Assembly: GCA_949358305.1 (NCBI GenBank) | Contig: OX442314.1 | Coordinates: forward strand, 2,170,001 to 2,234,000 | Direction of reading: 5' to 3' | DNA: 64,000 nt | Source of the DNA: Strigamia acuminata | Lineage: Eukaryota | Shown here: piece by piece, positions 46,626 through 59,100 of the stretch | Numbering within the stretch: position 1 is the first letter of the stretch | How the letters are laid out: the number at the start of each line of letters is the position of its first letter | Translations under genes and position numbers: made by a program | The notes under the pieces: model-generated | Seen by the model: only the letters and a program-made list of their open reading frames with translations | Database searches by the model: none | Told to the model about the DNA's origin: nothing

Positions 46626-47700
46626 ATGCATTCATTACAGGATATGTCTAGTAAAATTGTTTTAGGGCGTATTATTCAACGGCCTGTTGAAGATATGGAG
46701 GTCGATCGAGTGAGTACCACAGAGGAGTTAATGGATTACTTCGATAAAGTCTGTGCTGGACAGGCCCGGCGGGAAACCGGCAAATTCGCGGTGATTCGTG
46801 ACGTTGTGAATTCTCTTTTTCATTTACTTTGGCCTCCTAACCTATTCAAATTTCTAAGTACCGAATATGAATCCAGTCCAGCCGTGGATAAACTACGTGA
46901 GTGTAACGGATTTATGGATTTTTTTGTAATTATTAATGTGAAATTGTTTGATTTAGTTCGTAATGTTCGTGCAGATTTGCTGATGAAGTTGAACGACTTG
47001 GAGTTTTGGGACTGTTTTGGAATGTTGCTCTGTTTGTACACGAAGGGCAGAAAGAACTGAGGTTGGGGCGTATGAGTCCAAATTTTGATTTGGATTTTTT
47101 TTCTTCAAGTTTGTGGCCACAAGTTGGAGGTGAGTACAGAGAGAGAACTAAGTCAAAAATTGCATTTTCTAACAAACATTGCACAAGAATAAATTTTTCA
47201 CACAAAAAATGTTTTATTGAATAGTAATCATATTTTGTACATGAGAAATTTGAATGCACACTGATGTTAAATCCAAAAGACAACCCATTCTTGCAAAGAA
47301 TTTGTTTAAATTCCACCAACTTCTATCTATTCGCACAGAATCTGACGGTGTTACAACTGCCCGAGGATGGTACACTGACAACCAAAGCCTCCAAACAAAT
47401 GTACCAGAATTTGCCAAATCTCCAAGTACTGGACATTTCTAACACCGTCGTTGAAGACGATGCGGCGACATACATCGCTCGGCTGCCACTCACTCATTTT
47501 AAGACCTGTAGAACAACGGATGATTTCGTACGCAAACTTTGCTCACAAAACTCCACACTCTGCAAAACCTTGCAAACGTTCACGTTTAGCGGAGAAATTT
47601 CATCAGACTGCTCCTTCTTGATGTCGAACAGGATGAAATTGCTCAAAAATTTGGACACTCGCCATCATCCTAGGTGGTTCAAAGCGCTGCCACCGAGAGG
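46626..47700 (+). pseudogene. LRR-like family copy C (exons 46626-46896, 46957-47129, 47339-~47700; frameshift, 3' truncated)
   Basis: Paralogous to copies B and D; frameshift near 47010; similarity ends after RWFKALPP. Confidence 0.75.
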
Positions 47701-48442
47701 TACAAGTGATTTATTACAGAAAATACACAGGTTTAAGCTTTACTCGTAAGATCATCTGCTAACAGAAGTGTACCGTGCCCACAGACATTCCTGTGTGTAT
47801 AAACTTGACAGAATCATCTGGTAGCAGAACATGTGCCAGTCTGTCACACCGGACTTTTTGTGGTACTCGCAGCTCTTTGCAGCTGAAAAGAAATGGTGAA
47901 TGGCCATGAGAAAGGAACAAGATGGATGCCAATAAACATTTTTGAGACTACTTTTGGAGTTAGGATGAATAGGATAGCTAGTTTGTTTTTAATTTTTAAT
48001 TTTTATTTATAAACAAATAAACTATTTTTCATAAATAGAATATACAGTTGTTTGCATTTGTTGGCACAACTGATTGCTGCCATATTTGAGACCGGTTAAA
48101 AAAATATAAGCGGTCACAAATTATCAAGACTTCTGTGCCACAGAAGTTTTCTTGCCAGGAAACAAATATCAGCTTTCCGTTGCATCGACATGCTAGAAAG
48201 TTAATTTTTTTTGTCACAGAACATATCTCACAGACATTCTAAGACTGGAATGTAATTTGTGAGTACCAGTTTTTTCGGTAGGCAGACTGGTTTCCTACGT
48301 AGGAAACTGCTTATGAGTACTAAGCTTTAGCCATGATTGGCTGTTATACTATAGCTATTAAGTTGCAGGTATAAACACAAACCAAATGAAAAGTTCACTA
48401 TTAATAAATTAATTGACAACAATTTCTTCAGCAGATTTAAAC

Positions 48443-50559
48443 ATGCTGGAATTAAAGGACCTGGCTATTCATATGGTTATAAGCCGTATGATTCAATGGA
48501 AAGTTTACAGAATGGACCACGTTCAGATAAAAAACGTGGTTGAATTAATCACTTATTTCGACTCATTACGTAAGCGACACACGAGTTTGTTAAATTTGTT
48601 TCGTCATTAACAAAATTGTCAATACACACGGTTCTATTTATATTTAGCCTCTACTGTTCGTGGCGAAGTGTTGAACAGGTTCAATGAAGAGTTTTATCAG
48701 AGTTGTCGCGAGTTAAAGGCGTGGGACATTGCTCCATTTTTGTACAAACAGCAGAAAGAGCTTAAGATGCGATTTACAAGTGATAATTTTGATTTGGAAT
48801 TTTTGTTTCAAGTTTGTGACTACAAATTAAAAGTGAGTATCAAGATGGACAAGAGAGAAGTGTAACTGCACACACACTGGTTGAAGTTGAAATTATTGTT
48901 AGGAGGGAAGAAAAAATAAAAAGGACTACAAATTAATAAACTTTCTTGTAAAAAATGCATTTTTAGTGCAAAAATTGAATTTTTAGTGCAAAAATTGAAT
49001 TTTTAGTGCAAAAATTGAATTTTTAGTGCAAAAATTGAATTTTTAGTGCAAAAATTGAATTTTTAGTGCAAAAATTGAATTTTTAGTGCAAAAATTGAAT
49101 TTTTAGTGCAAAAATTGAATTTTTTGTGCAAAAATTGAATTTTTTGTGCAAAAATTGAATTTTTAGTGCAAAAATTGAATTTTTAGTGCAAAAATTGAAT
49201 TTTTAGTGCAAAAATTGAATTTTTAGTGCAAAAATTGAATTTTTAGTGCAAAAATTGAATTTTTAGTGCAAAAATTGAATTTTTAGTGCAAAAATTGAAT
49301 TTTTAGTGCAGAAATTGAATTTTTAGTGCAAAAATTGAATTTTTAGTGCAAAAATTGAATTTTTAGTGCAAAAATTGAATTTTTAGTGCAAAAATTGAAT
49401 TTTTAGTGCAAAAATTGAATTTTTAGTGCAAAAATTGAATTTTTAGTGCAAAAATTGAATTTTTAGTGCAAAAATTGAATTTTTAGTGCAAAAATTGAAT
49501 TTTTAGTGCAAAAATTGAATTTTTAGTGCAAAAATTGAATTTTTAGTGCAAAAATTGAATTTTTAGTGCAAAAATTGAATTTTTAGTGCAAAAATTGAAT
49601 TTTTAGTGCAACATCCTTCAACATCCTTCAAAGATTCCTTTATAATTCTTTTAATTGTATCTACCGCATAGAGTCTGACGAGGTTAGAGTTACCTTACCA
49701 TTGTCCACTGACAGGCAACGCCTGCAAACAATTCCTCCAAATTTTGCCAAATCTACGGACGCTACATCTGTCCGGTCGTGTTGACGACGCCGCGGTCGTG
49801 TACATCGCCCAGCTGCCGCTCGTCGAGCTCGGTGTCGGTGGAGACTTGGAGAACTTGGAGTGGATAAGACAACTCTGCGCGGTCGACTCCGCACTCCGGA
49901 AAACCTTGCGAGTGTTCCGCTTGATGGTAAACTGCTTCAAGTTTGTATTGGACACGTTTGAATTTGCCACTCCCGAAATACTGCACAGTTTGTCGAGATT
50001 TAAAGAGTTGCGCACCTTGGACGTGACGTGTGCGGTCTCGGCCGAGAACACAATGGAGGGCAACCAGATGTTTGATCGCGATTGTTTGCGCGGTTTGTGT
50101 TTTGATAGTTTGCTGGAATTTCAGCTGCTCGATGACTTCGATCACTGGATTTGTTCCGCTTTGTTTTTCAAGATGTTGGACGTGTGTCCAAATTTGGAGA
50201 AACTCGTTCTTGATAATGTGTGCAGTTTTAGCAATCAAATTGCGGGCGAGTTGGCTCAAATGATGGCAAAGAGGAAACTCAAGCATCTGGTAATTCGGAA
50301 GTGCGACTTGGTCGGGCCGTCTGCCATTGAGGATCTGGTGAAAATCGAGTCTCTGGTCAAGTTGGAGGTGACAATGCACCTTCATGAGAACAGAATTCAA
50401 CGTTTTGGCGTTGTAGAGATAGAGCAAACGGTTGTAAAGTTGCAGCAAACGGCTGAAACACACGGTGTGAATTTGCAGCTCGTGTTTCTTCCCTGGGACG
50501 AGCAGGCCGATGATGACGAATTCAATGCACGAAGTCGATTTTATATGTATGAAAAATAA
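48443..50559 (+). CDS. LRR (RNI-like) protein, family copy D, apparently intact, 399 aa; exons 48443-48569, 48648-48832, 49672-50559
   Basis: GT-AG introns with consistent phases (1, 0); repeats LPNLRTLHL, FKELRTLDV, CPNLEKLVL, LKHLVIRKC; N-terminal LKDLAI BC-box-like motif. Confidence 0.75.
48961..49612. repeat. 20-bp tandem repeat TTTTAGTGCAAAAATTGAAT (~32 copies) in intron 2 of copy D
   Basis: Directly visible, near-perfect. Confidence 0.97.
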
Positions 50560-51082
50560 AAACGAAATATGCCGTGTCGAACAATGCATTCGTATTTGAG
50601 AAATAATAACATTGCAATTGCGTTTTGTAATACATTTTGTCGCGTCCTTTGCCGGTGATGTGTAATTACCAGCTCAAGGTGTATCTGTGATCGTTTTACT
50701 GTGAGAAAATGGGTTTAAATGATTTTGATGCAATTTTAATTGGGTGCAAGTGTATTCTCGCTTTCACGCATCGATATTCTTTCAAACCGATGAATTACGC
50801 GATGAATCGTGCGATGATGTAATAAGTTTGTGAAAGTTGAACAATTGGACAATTGGACGGCGTTTCTGAGTCCGCGAGGTCACCGGAACAATGGAGTCAG
50901 CTTGGTCCTCGCTTTTGGTCTCTCTCGGGTCCGTTTAAAAAGAATAAATTAATTAATATATTGTTTTTCAAACGATTATCAGTTTTAATTTAGTTTATTT
51001 TGTTACGTTTGGGGTTTTTGTTGTTTAGTTTATTGATTTTTGGCATTGTTTGATTCAGCTCGAAATGTTCGTGGAGAAATGC

Positions 51083-52821
51083 TGTGACGATTCTACTTTT
51101 GGGCTAATTTATTAGTCCTTTAAGATAGATAATTCGGTTTATACAAGACGTTGCTAAGTTTAGCAACAACCTAACCGAGATAAGCTATGGGAGCCTTTAC
51201 AAACATGAATATGTGATCAAGTAGAAATAACTTACAGTTTTAGTGTGACATGACATATTTATTACTGAATAATAACAATAATGGGTTCTTGACGCGTGTA
51301 AACTGGCGGCATCAACTGGTTGAGGATCCGGGCGAAGCCAGAGGGATACGGCTGACTTGCGGCATCGTCACAAATATCGCTACGGAGACGTATTTGGTCC
51401 GCAGCATCGATTATCTAAATATGCGAAGAGTCCTACGCATAAACAGGAATATTCGGCAGAATATTCCATTGTTTCAAATGAATAAAAGTAAAGTGATTAG
51501 TGGAATACAACAAATGAATTGTCGTATAAATATTAATTGGGCGGGGACCGTCACGACAATTGAGAGAACGTCGCGGGAGTTGTTGAGACTCCATCCGCCA
51601 GCATGCCTTACGACGACAAGATCTCGTGATCAGGCGCCGAGTATTTAATTGTGTGCTTTAACTCGCTATCGGTGGTACCAACCACCAGGTAAACATTTCT
51701 ATGGACTTACCGGTATGAAAAGATATTGCCAATACAGGATTACCAATGCCCGAGTAATTTGTTTAACACAGTGTTGTTCAACTCCTGTTCACGGGTTACT
51801 AACCCGGAGGGTACGATGGGGCGGGGACCGTCACGACGGTCGAGAGAACCATCGCGGGAGGATTTGACTCCTCCATCCGCCAGCATGCCTTACGATGGCG
51901 GGATCCAATGATCGAGCACCGGGTAAATATTAATCGGCCACTGCCGTTGGATTACCATTATCCAGGTAGTTGTTTTATCGCAACATCTTTAGATATTACT
52001 CACGGGCTACCAACCCGGCGTGTTACCTGTACATTAGGCCTTTACCGACTTTTAACAAGCGGAAGGACCAATCGTAGAAAGACGGGAACCTGCGTGGGCT
52101 GTTTACAACAACCATCCTGCAGCGGACTGTGGCCAGTTAGCTGAGGGACCTACTTTCATTTAGCAAGGTCGTACTGTATACGACCGTTATATTAAGCCAC
52201 CGTACGAAGTCCTACTGTCCCGTAGAACAGCTGGCTAACGTTACGGGGCCATTTCATGCGGATGCATGTCTATTACCGGAGTTAGCCTTCCCGAAATAGC
52301 CCTACAACAGCAATAACAAATAGTAATGAATACTAACTGTGGAGAGCTGAGGTGGCCTGATGTGTCGATAGAGAAAGTGAAATCAAACGATAACAACAAT
52401 TCAACTACAGACAGTATACAAGTTCAGTTATCAAGCCAGGGGGAAGTGAAAAACTGATGCTTATATAGTTCTGTAGAACTACTAGATTGGCGACAGCCAA
52501 TCAGCGTCTGAATCGGCGGATTCGTGGGTCACTAGTCCGGACCTAATATATGACTATGTCCAGATGGGCCCAGTTGGGGTCCGGAAGGGTCCGATTGGTT
52601 CCCTTCGACAGGTAAGTAAAGTGGATATTGATTCGATAGAATCAACATCATCAAGTAATTAATACTTAATTTATATCGAATAAAATAGTTATATTTTATT
52701 CACCGTGTCTAAATAATTATTTATCACACTTTTTAGTTTTAACCGAGTTTGAAATACGCGCGTTGGTTAAACAGCGCCATCTATGGTGAACATTGATAAC
52801 TATCGATTTGTAATCATCACA
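51083..52821 (-). repeat. 3' LTR (1739 bp)
   Basis: TGTGA...TCACA termini; first 300 bp read identical to 63701-64000. Confidence 0.95.
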
Positions 52822-52833
52822 CATCCCCCGGTG
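52822..52833 (-). promoter_or_regulatory. Polypurine tract-like plus-strand primer site (CACCGGGGGATG)
   Basis: G-run immediately 5' of the 3' LTR on the minus strand. Confidence 0.7.
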
Positions 52834-53559
52834 ACAAGCATAGAGTTTACTAACTCTCGATTGTCATTCTTAATGGATAAGAATGTTCACCTAATTCTAT
52901 CGAATTAATCCACTTGGTAAGTATTTTATTAACTTAATCATGTTATTTCTTTCAGAAACTTCGTCACCCGATTAGACTAATCGGCTTCTCTGCACTGCGC
53001 AACTCCCGGTTGCTAAGCGACGGAAATGAACTCGTCCGAACATGGATACATGTTCGAGAAAACTAATTTCGATAGAAATTTTATTTTCTCCATCAAATAA
53101 ACTTCTTCACAGCTTATTAATCAACAAGATAATCAATAAAAAATAAACTTATGCAAAATTTTATTTATCGAAAATCTAAACTACTAATTTTTATTACGAT
53201 TGTCATAAAAATTATTGAATTTCAACTTGAAATTCTTCAACACTTTGAACAAAGCAAAATAAACACAAAATTTCCACAAATAATTATGAAATTTGTAAAT
53301 AAATCAAACAAACATATATTAATATGATTAGTTCAAACAAAATCAAACTGAATTCGGAAAGAACAATTAAATTGAATCCAATTTTTAATCAACTATATTC
53401 GTTAGAATATTTAAATAATTAGTTCTAATTTTAAATAAAAACTGAACACACTACTCATGAGAATACTGGAAAAATCGCAAACACAACAAAACACTTGGAA
53501 TATTTTTAGTCAAAAATATTTCCACTCAGAAAAAATAACGAATGTTAATTTTGTCCCTT

Positions 53560-55077
53560 TTAATCCTTCTTTTCGACGTCAGTCGAAACTTTCTCCTCCT
53601 TTTTCTCGACTTCAGCAGAAATCAGAAAATCCGACTCTTCAGTCGCCTCTGTCGAGACGGCGGAAAACACGGCTTCCTCCGACGCTTCAATTTCCTCTGG
53701 GCTCGGAGGTGGGAACGGTAGATCCTCGAGCAACTCCGCCACGAAATCGACGACGGAAAGCAACTCTTCGGCGTCCTCAAACTGAGCGTCGTCCGAAGTC
53801 TCGGACTTAGACGCTGGAGGGGCGCTGGATACGTCGGTTTCGGCCGCTGGAGGATCCTCCACGGGTTTGGACGACGCTTCCACGGCCTGTTGAAGCTTAC
53901 GAGCTCGCCCTCGTGCCAAGATGTTGGTTCGTTGAACCTTGGCGATTTCTCTCGCTCGGTCGAGCGTCAGACAACCTCGACCACGCGACATCGTTCTTGG
54001 TCGAACGATTTCCTCTTGTACCTCGCTTCCGGCGCTTTCGACAGCTTGGACAGTTTCAGTAGAAACTTCGGAGTCCTCGGATGGCGGTGGCGACTGTCGA
54101 AGGAGTTCGACTCTTACACCAGCGTTGGCTTCAGCGCGGGTCCAGGTGAGGAAACGCGGGTCGATGTACACAGCCTCGCCGCGGCTGTTTAGAAACAATC
54201 GGCACTTGGGGCAGTGAGCCCAACATCGCTTCTCGTTAGGCTTAATGCCTTTCACCACGTGGGGCTGAACCTCCTTGCGCCACGGCTCCGAACGCGGTCG
54301 CGTTTTCCTTCCACGGCAGTTTGGACAACGCATTAGAGAAGAACCTGCGGATGCACCGCAGCACCACCCACAGCCGACGCAAAATGGGCAGATCGTCTCC
54401 GTGGCCTGGTCCGTCACGATGTTATCGTGAGGTATTCCGGCTGCCATGTCTCGTTCGCACTGCTCCTTGCGCAGGCGGGCCTTCTCGTCCTTCTTTCTGG
54501 CTTTGTTGGCCGCTCGGTACTCGCGGTTGCGAGAAACAGGCTCCGAATAACGCAAAGCGCCCGGCGGCGGCTCATTCCAACCGTACTCGGATGCAGAAGA
54601 CTCAGCACCAGCAGGAAGACTCGCAACAAACGTTGATTGTCCTGCCAAAGTCGGTGCAGTCGTATTTGACGTGTTGGCAACGGTTGGCGCCACGCTTGCA
54701 GTTGGCGGCCGGAATTCTGGTGAATGCGGGGCCAACGGGACGTTGATAACGTTCGCGGGTGGGTACGCCACTTGGGCCATCGGGGCCAATTGTGCCGTCT
54801 CATAAACGGTTGGCTGTGCAGAAGTGGACGGGGCCTGCATCATTGCATTTAAGTCGAGCGGAAGTCCGTCCGGATGGACGCTCAGCCAGTTTAGCGTTGC
54901 GAGTTGCAACGGCGTCAGGGCGTACATCGAGGCGGGCGCCGTCGGTATCGGTTGGGCCCTCATATAAGCGCGCTCGGCCGAACGACGTTGCTCGTCACTA
55001 GACGAGGTGGACGAGCTGGAGCTTTCATGACGGTGTCGTCGATGACTCCGTTTTGAACGGTGTTTTCCACTTCCCAT
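53560..55077 (-). CDS. Gypsy accessory ORF3 (505 aa), Cys-rich putative zinc-binding core, disordered termini, not env-like
   Basis: Open 1.5 kb, GC-richer than gag/pol; TCTGCAG acceptor directly before ATG 55077; CPFCVGCGWCC, CPNC, HCPKC. Confidence 0.8.
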   Translation of the reverse strand: MGSGKHRSKRSHRRHRHESSSSSTSSSDEQRRSAERAYMRAQPIPTAPASMYALTPLQLATLNWLSVHPDGLPLDLNAMMQAPSTSAQPTVYETAQLAPMAQVAYPPANVINVPLAPHSPEFRPPTASVAPTVANTSNTTAPTLAGQSTFVASLPAGAESSASEYGWNEPPPGALRYSEPVSRNREYRAANKARKKDEKARLRKEQCERDMAAGIPHDNIVTDQATETICPFCVGCGWCCGASAGSSLMRCPNCRGRKTRPRSEPWRKEVQPHVVKGIKPNEKRCWAHCPKCRLFLNSRGEAVYIDPRFLTWTRAEANAGVRVELLRQSPPPSEDSEVSTETVQAVESAGSEVQEEIVRPRTMSRGRGCLTLDRAREIAKVQRTNILARGRARKLQQAVEASSKPVEDPPAAETDVSSAPPASKSETSDDAQFEDAEELLSVVDFVAELLEDLPFPPPSPEEIEASEEAVFSAVSTEATEESDFLISAEVEKKEEKVSTDVEKKD

Positions 55078-56130
55078 CTGCAGACGCAAATAAATTATTT
55101 TATTAAAAATAATTCCACACTAAATAGTCATTCCTTGAGTCCAAAGAATTAAAACGTATTGTTCGCAACGAAAATACACAACTCGAGTTATTTATAACCC
55201 TTAACACGTGACACTAATGAGTCACATTCCCCTTGTGTTTATGACACGAGAATGGACTCGCCTGACAGCGATTTTCATCGAAAATCGCAACTTGTTGATT
55301 TTTCAAAAGAAAAATCCTTTTAGTTTCTTTAAACTATTTAATCCAACTTTTCGAATATCAAAGATAACTTTCGTATTAATTAATTAACACTTAGTCTAAT
55401 AAATATCTCAAATCGAAAATTCACCGCTAAATAATTTATGCAAGCCACGACCGCGACTTGATTTAAATAATTAGTGCCCACGTACTTAAACTCAATAAAT
55501 AATTATTAAATTTAACCCAACTATTCGACTGAATAGCTAAACTTCCAGAGTGATTTAATGCCGATTCACGCTTATAACAGCACGTGAATTTATAACTTTT
55601 ATCGGGACGCCGATATTTTTCAATTGTTGCGAACAATTTTCTAATTCTTTAGTCAAAGAATATTAACGAAAACTACTTACAATTAGAAGCTAGTTTTCCG
55701 GGTTTGAAGTCGGCTAAATGAATTAGCGTCGAAATTCTCAAGTCGAAAAGCGAAGACGGTTGAAGGGACGAAGTCACTAGTATCCGTGTGTTTAACGAAG
55801 TGTTTGTGTGCAATGAACCCTGGGAATTTTATTCCCTATTAATTGTCGGGTTCGAGGTTTAATCACACCTCGTAAGTCTCGTACCTTCGTAATTACGCGA
55901 GATTATCACTTTTCAAAGTAATTCTCTGTATTTTGGTTAAAATACATGTAAATACGACCAAAAAATTAAAATATTCTACCGAATATTTAACTCATCGCAA
56001 CAAATTCATATTTTTAATATAAATTTCCATAAATATCGTAATATCTTGTCCCCCGGTGTTGAGATTATAAATCACTACACCTGTCAGACATGTGAATAAT
56101 TACAGTCTTCAAGTTTTGGATAAAACTTTA

Positions 56131-59100
56131 TCAATTCCAACAGAACTTTGAGGCTTTTCCTCGTTGTTGGTATAGTTTTTTAAATACTGCAGTGATGTTT
56201 CGCACGAAATTTTCATCTGCATATTTAGGATTTGGTTTTCGTTCTCGTCGTGGACAAGTGCTAGTTCGTGGAACTACCGGTTGGGGTTTGCGGGGTTTTC
56301 GAGGTGGTTTCTTTGGAGTTTCACCTCTTTTCAACGCCGCTTTCTTTTCTATAGCAGTTAATCGTTGTCTATGTCTATGTTTAGACTTAATGGGCGCAGA
56401 TTTGTCAATTTGCACCGAAGTTGAGTCGGATAATTCCATTGGAATTTCTGAAGAAGTTTCAGGAATTAATTCCATTTCTTCAGCATCCGGAAGTTGATTA
56501 CTTTCGTCCATCCATTTAGGATTTTCTTGAGGCGAGTAAGAGGCGGACTTTTGTCCTATTTTCCAAGTCTCAATCGGGTACGACGGAGTATAGGGATACA
56601 ACGCTTTAATATTTACTGATTTTTCAATCGAACCATCAGATAATTTGCGTAATTTATACGCTCCGCCTGGAAGTACTTTAGTAATTTCCCACGGACCATC
56701 TCTCTTCTCCGCGAAACCAGCAGAAATATTTTTATCTGCGCACGAGAGAATGTGAGTTTGTTTCCAAACTAAATCTCCAACTTCGAACTCCGTAATTACG
56801 AACTTTTGTTCGTGTATTTTCCTATGTCGTTCAAAATTCAATTGAATTCTGCGATGCATCTCTTGATGCGATCTGCGCAATACATCCAATAGTACTCTGA
56901 CATATTTTTCTGGATTTTCTTTGTCAAATGGATTGGCATGTTTGATAATCCTTGGGTCGAAGGGTAATGTTACGATTCTCCCCGTGTTAAGTAGCATCGG
57001 GCTTGAGCCCGTTGCCGCTGAGACATTATTTCTCATCGCGAACGCGAATTCGTCTAAATATCGTGGCCATTGCGTGTGCACATCTGTGTACAAAGCCAGC
57101 ATGGTTTTTATATCTCTATTGGTTCGCTCTGTCGGGTTCGCCTGGGCATGATACGTGCTTGTATGGGACGGGCGAATGTTGTACATTTCGCAATACTCAT
57201 TGTAAATATCGGAAACAAATTGTTTTCCGTTATCGCTCACAATCTTTTTGGGGTGTCCCCATCTGTTTGTAACAGATCTTAATTCTTGAACGCAGTTAGC
57301 GCTCGTGGCTTTGGTCAAAGCCTTAATTTCAACGAACTTGGTACAATTGTCAATAATGACAAAAATATACTGGTTTTGGGACCTTCCCGCGGGTTTTGGG
57401 CCCATCAAGTCCATGTTAATACATTCCCAGGGATTGGTCATGTTGTGGGGTGTGTAAGGAGCTGCGTGCCTTTTCTGTTGAATAGGTTTGTACTGAGCAC
57501 AGTGCGTGCAGCTTTTGACGTAGTTCCTGACACTTCTACTCATACCAGGCCAGAAATATATTAAACGCGTTTTTTCAAGCGTCTTACTCATCCCAGCGTG
57601 ACCGCTTAGGGGGTGGCCATGACAAGCGAAGAGTACTCGTTTTACGAGTGAACTGGGTACAACGGCTTTAAAGCCGTTTCCCGAATCATTTAATTCCTCT
57701 TCGAATGAAGGGTTAAAATAGATGATCATTTGATCACCATCAACTTCTTTTTTGTCCAAACAATAATTTTTGACTTTGTTTTTCCATTCTTTTATTTCAG
57801 ATTGTGGTATCCCAACAACCTTGTCATTCAATAAATATTCCCGAATGCGTTTGCATTCAGTATCTAGTAACTGAGCATCTATTATTTCTCTCCTTGTAGG
57901 AGGGACTTCTTTAAGTACTTCAGTCAACGCACTGTACAAGGTTTCTTGTACTTCCTCCCCCTCCTTTTCTTCAGAACATTCTTTAGAATTTTCTGAAAAA
58001 TAGGAACGCGCACTAGCCAAATATTCTCGTTTTTCTGGGGCACGATTTAATGAAACAGAAGGATTTCCGTCCCACTCAGGCCAATATTGTTTAATTTCGA
58101 CAGGTTCCACATGATCACGAAGAGGAATGTCTTCCTCTGTTAGTGGGGCTCTAGAAAGTGCGTCTGCAACTTGGTTAGCAGCACCTTTTCGAAAAACAAT
58201 TTTAAAATTTCCACATTGGATTCTTAAGGCCCATCGGCCAAATTTCCCAGATGGTTCAGGCGTTCGCATCAACCATTTCAGTGCTTCTGCATCTGACTCT
58301 AAAGTGAACGTACCATATTCGAGATATGGTTTAAATCGATCAATAGCCCACACGACTGCGAGACATTCGAGTTCCGGCGTTGTATAACGCTTCTCTGCTC
58401 CACGTAAAACTCTGCTTGCATAAGCTACAGGTCTGGGTACAGAAATGTTTTTCTGCTTCTTTTCATCGAATATATCGACGTCTTGGCAAAGGACAGCTCC
58501 TAAGCCTTCATGTGAAGCGTCAGTCATGACAACAAATGGCAAAGTCATATCTGGTTTGTGTAGACAATTGTCACCACAAAGTAGCTCTTTAATTTTATTA
58601 AAAGCTTCTGTCTGCTCATCTCCCCATTCAAATGGAGTTTTCTCATTCATCATACGTGTGTATGGTGCGGCAATAGTTCCGTGATTTGGAACAAACTTCC
58701 TGAAGAAGTTAGTCATGCCGTGAAAGCGCTGAATGTCTTTAGCACACGTGGGGGTGGGAAATTTCATGATCGCCGATATTTTATCGGGATCACCGAAGAG
58801 ACCTTCGGGTTTAATCCAGTGGCCCAAGAATTTTAATTCTGTACGCCCAAAACGAGATTTCGCTTTATTTATTGTCATGTTGGCTTGGTTAAGCCTTTCC
58901 AAAACATCTCGAACATGTTTGAGATGATCATCCCAATTATCTGAATACACAATTACGTCATCCAAATAAACTAACGCGTAGTCTTGTAAAGCTGAGCCTA
59001 AAATGCCTTCCATCAGACGCTGGAAAGTACAAGGCGCATTGCAAAGGCCGAACGGCATTCGCACAAATTGATAAGGGCCGTTTGGCGTGTAAAACGCCGT

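Noticed and set aside
49762..50589. 275-aa minus-strand ORF
   Set aside because: Antisense shadow of the LRR exon; no motifs
51250..52144. Short ORFs within the LTR (also 128-712)
   Set aside because: Frames are not preserved between the two LTR subfamilies
53560..55089. ORF3 as an envelope gene
   Set aside because: No signal peptide, fusion peptide or transmembrane anchor
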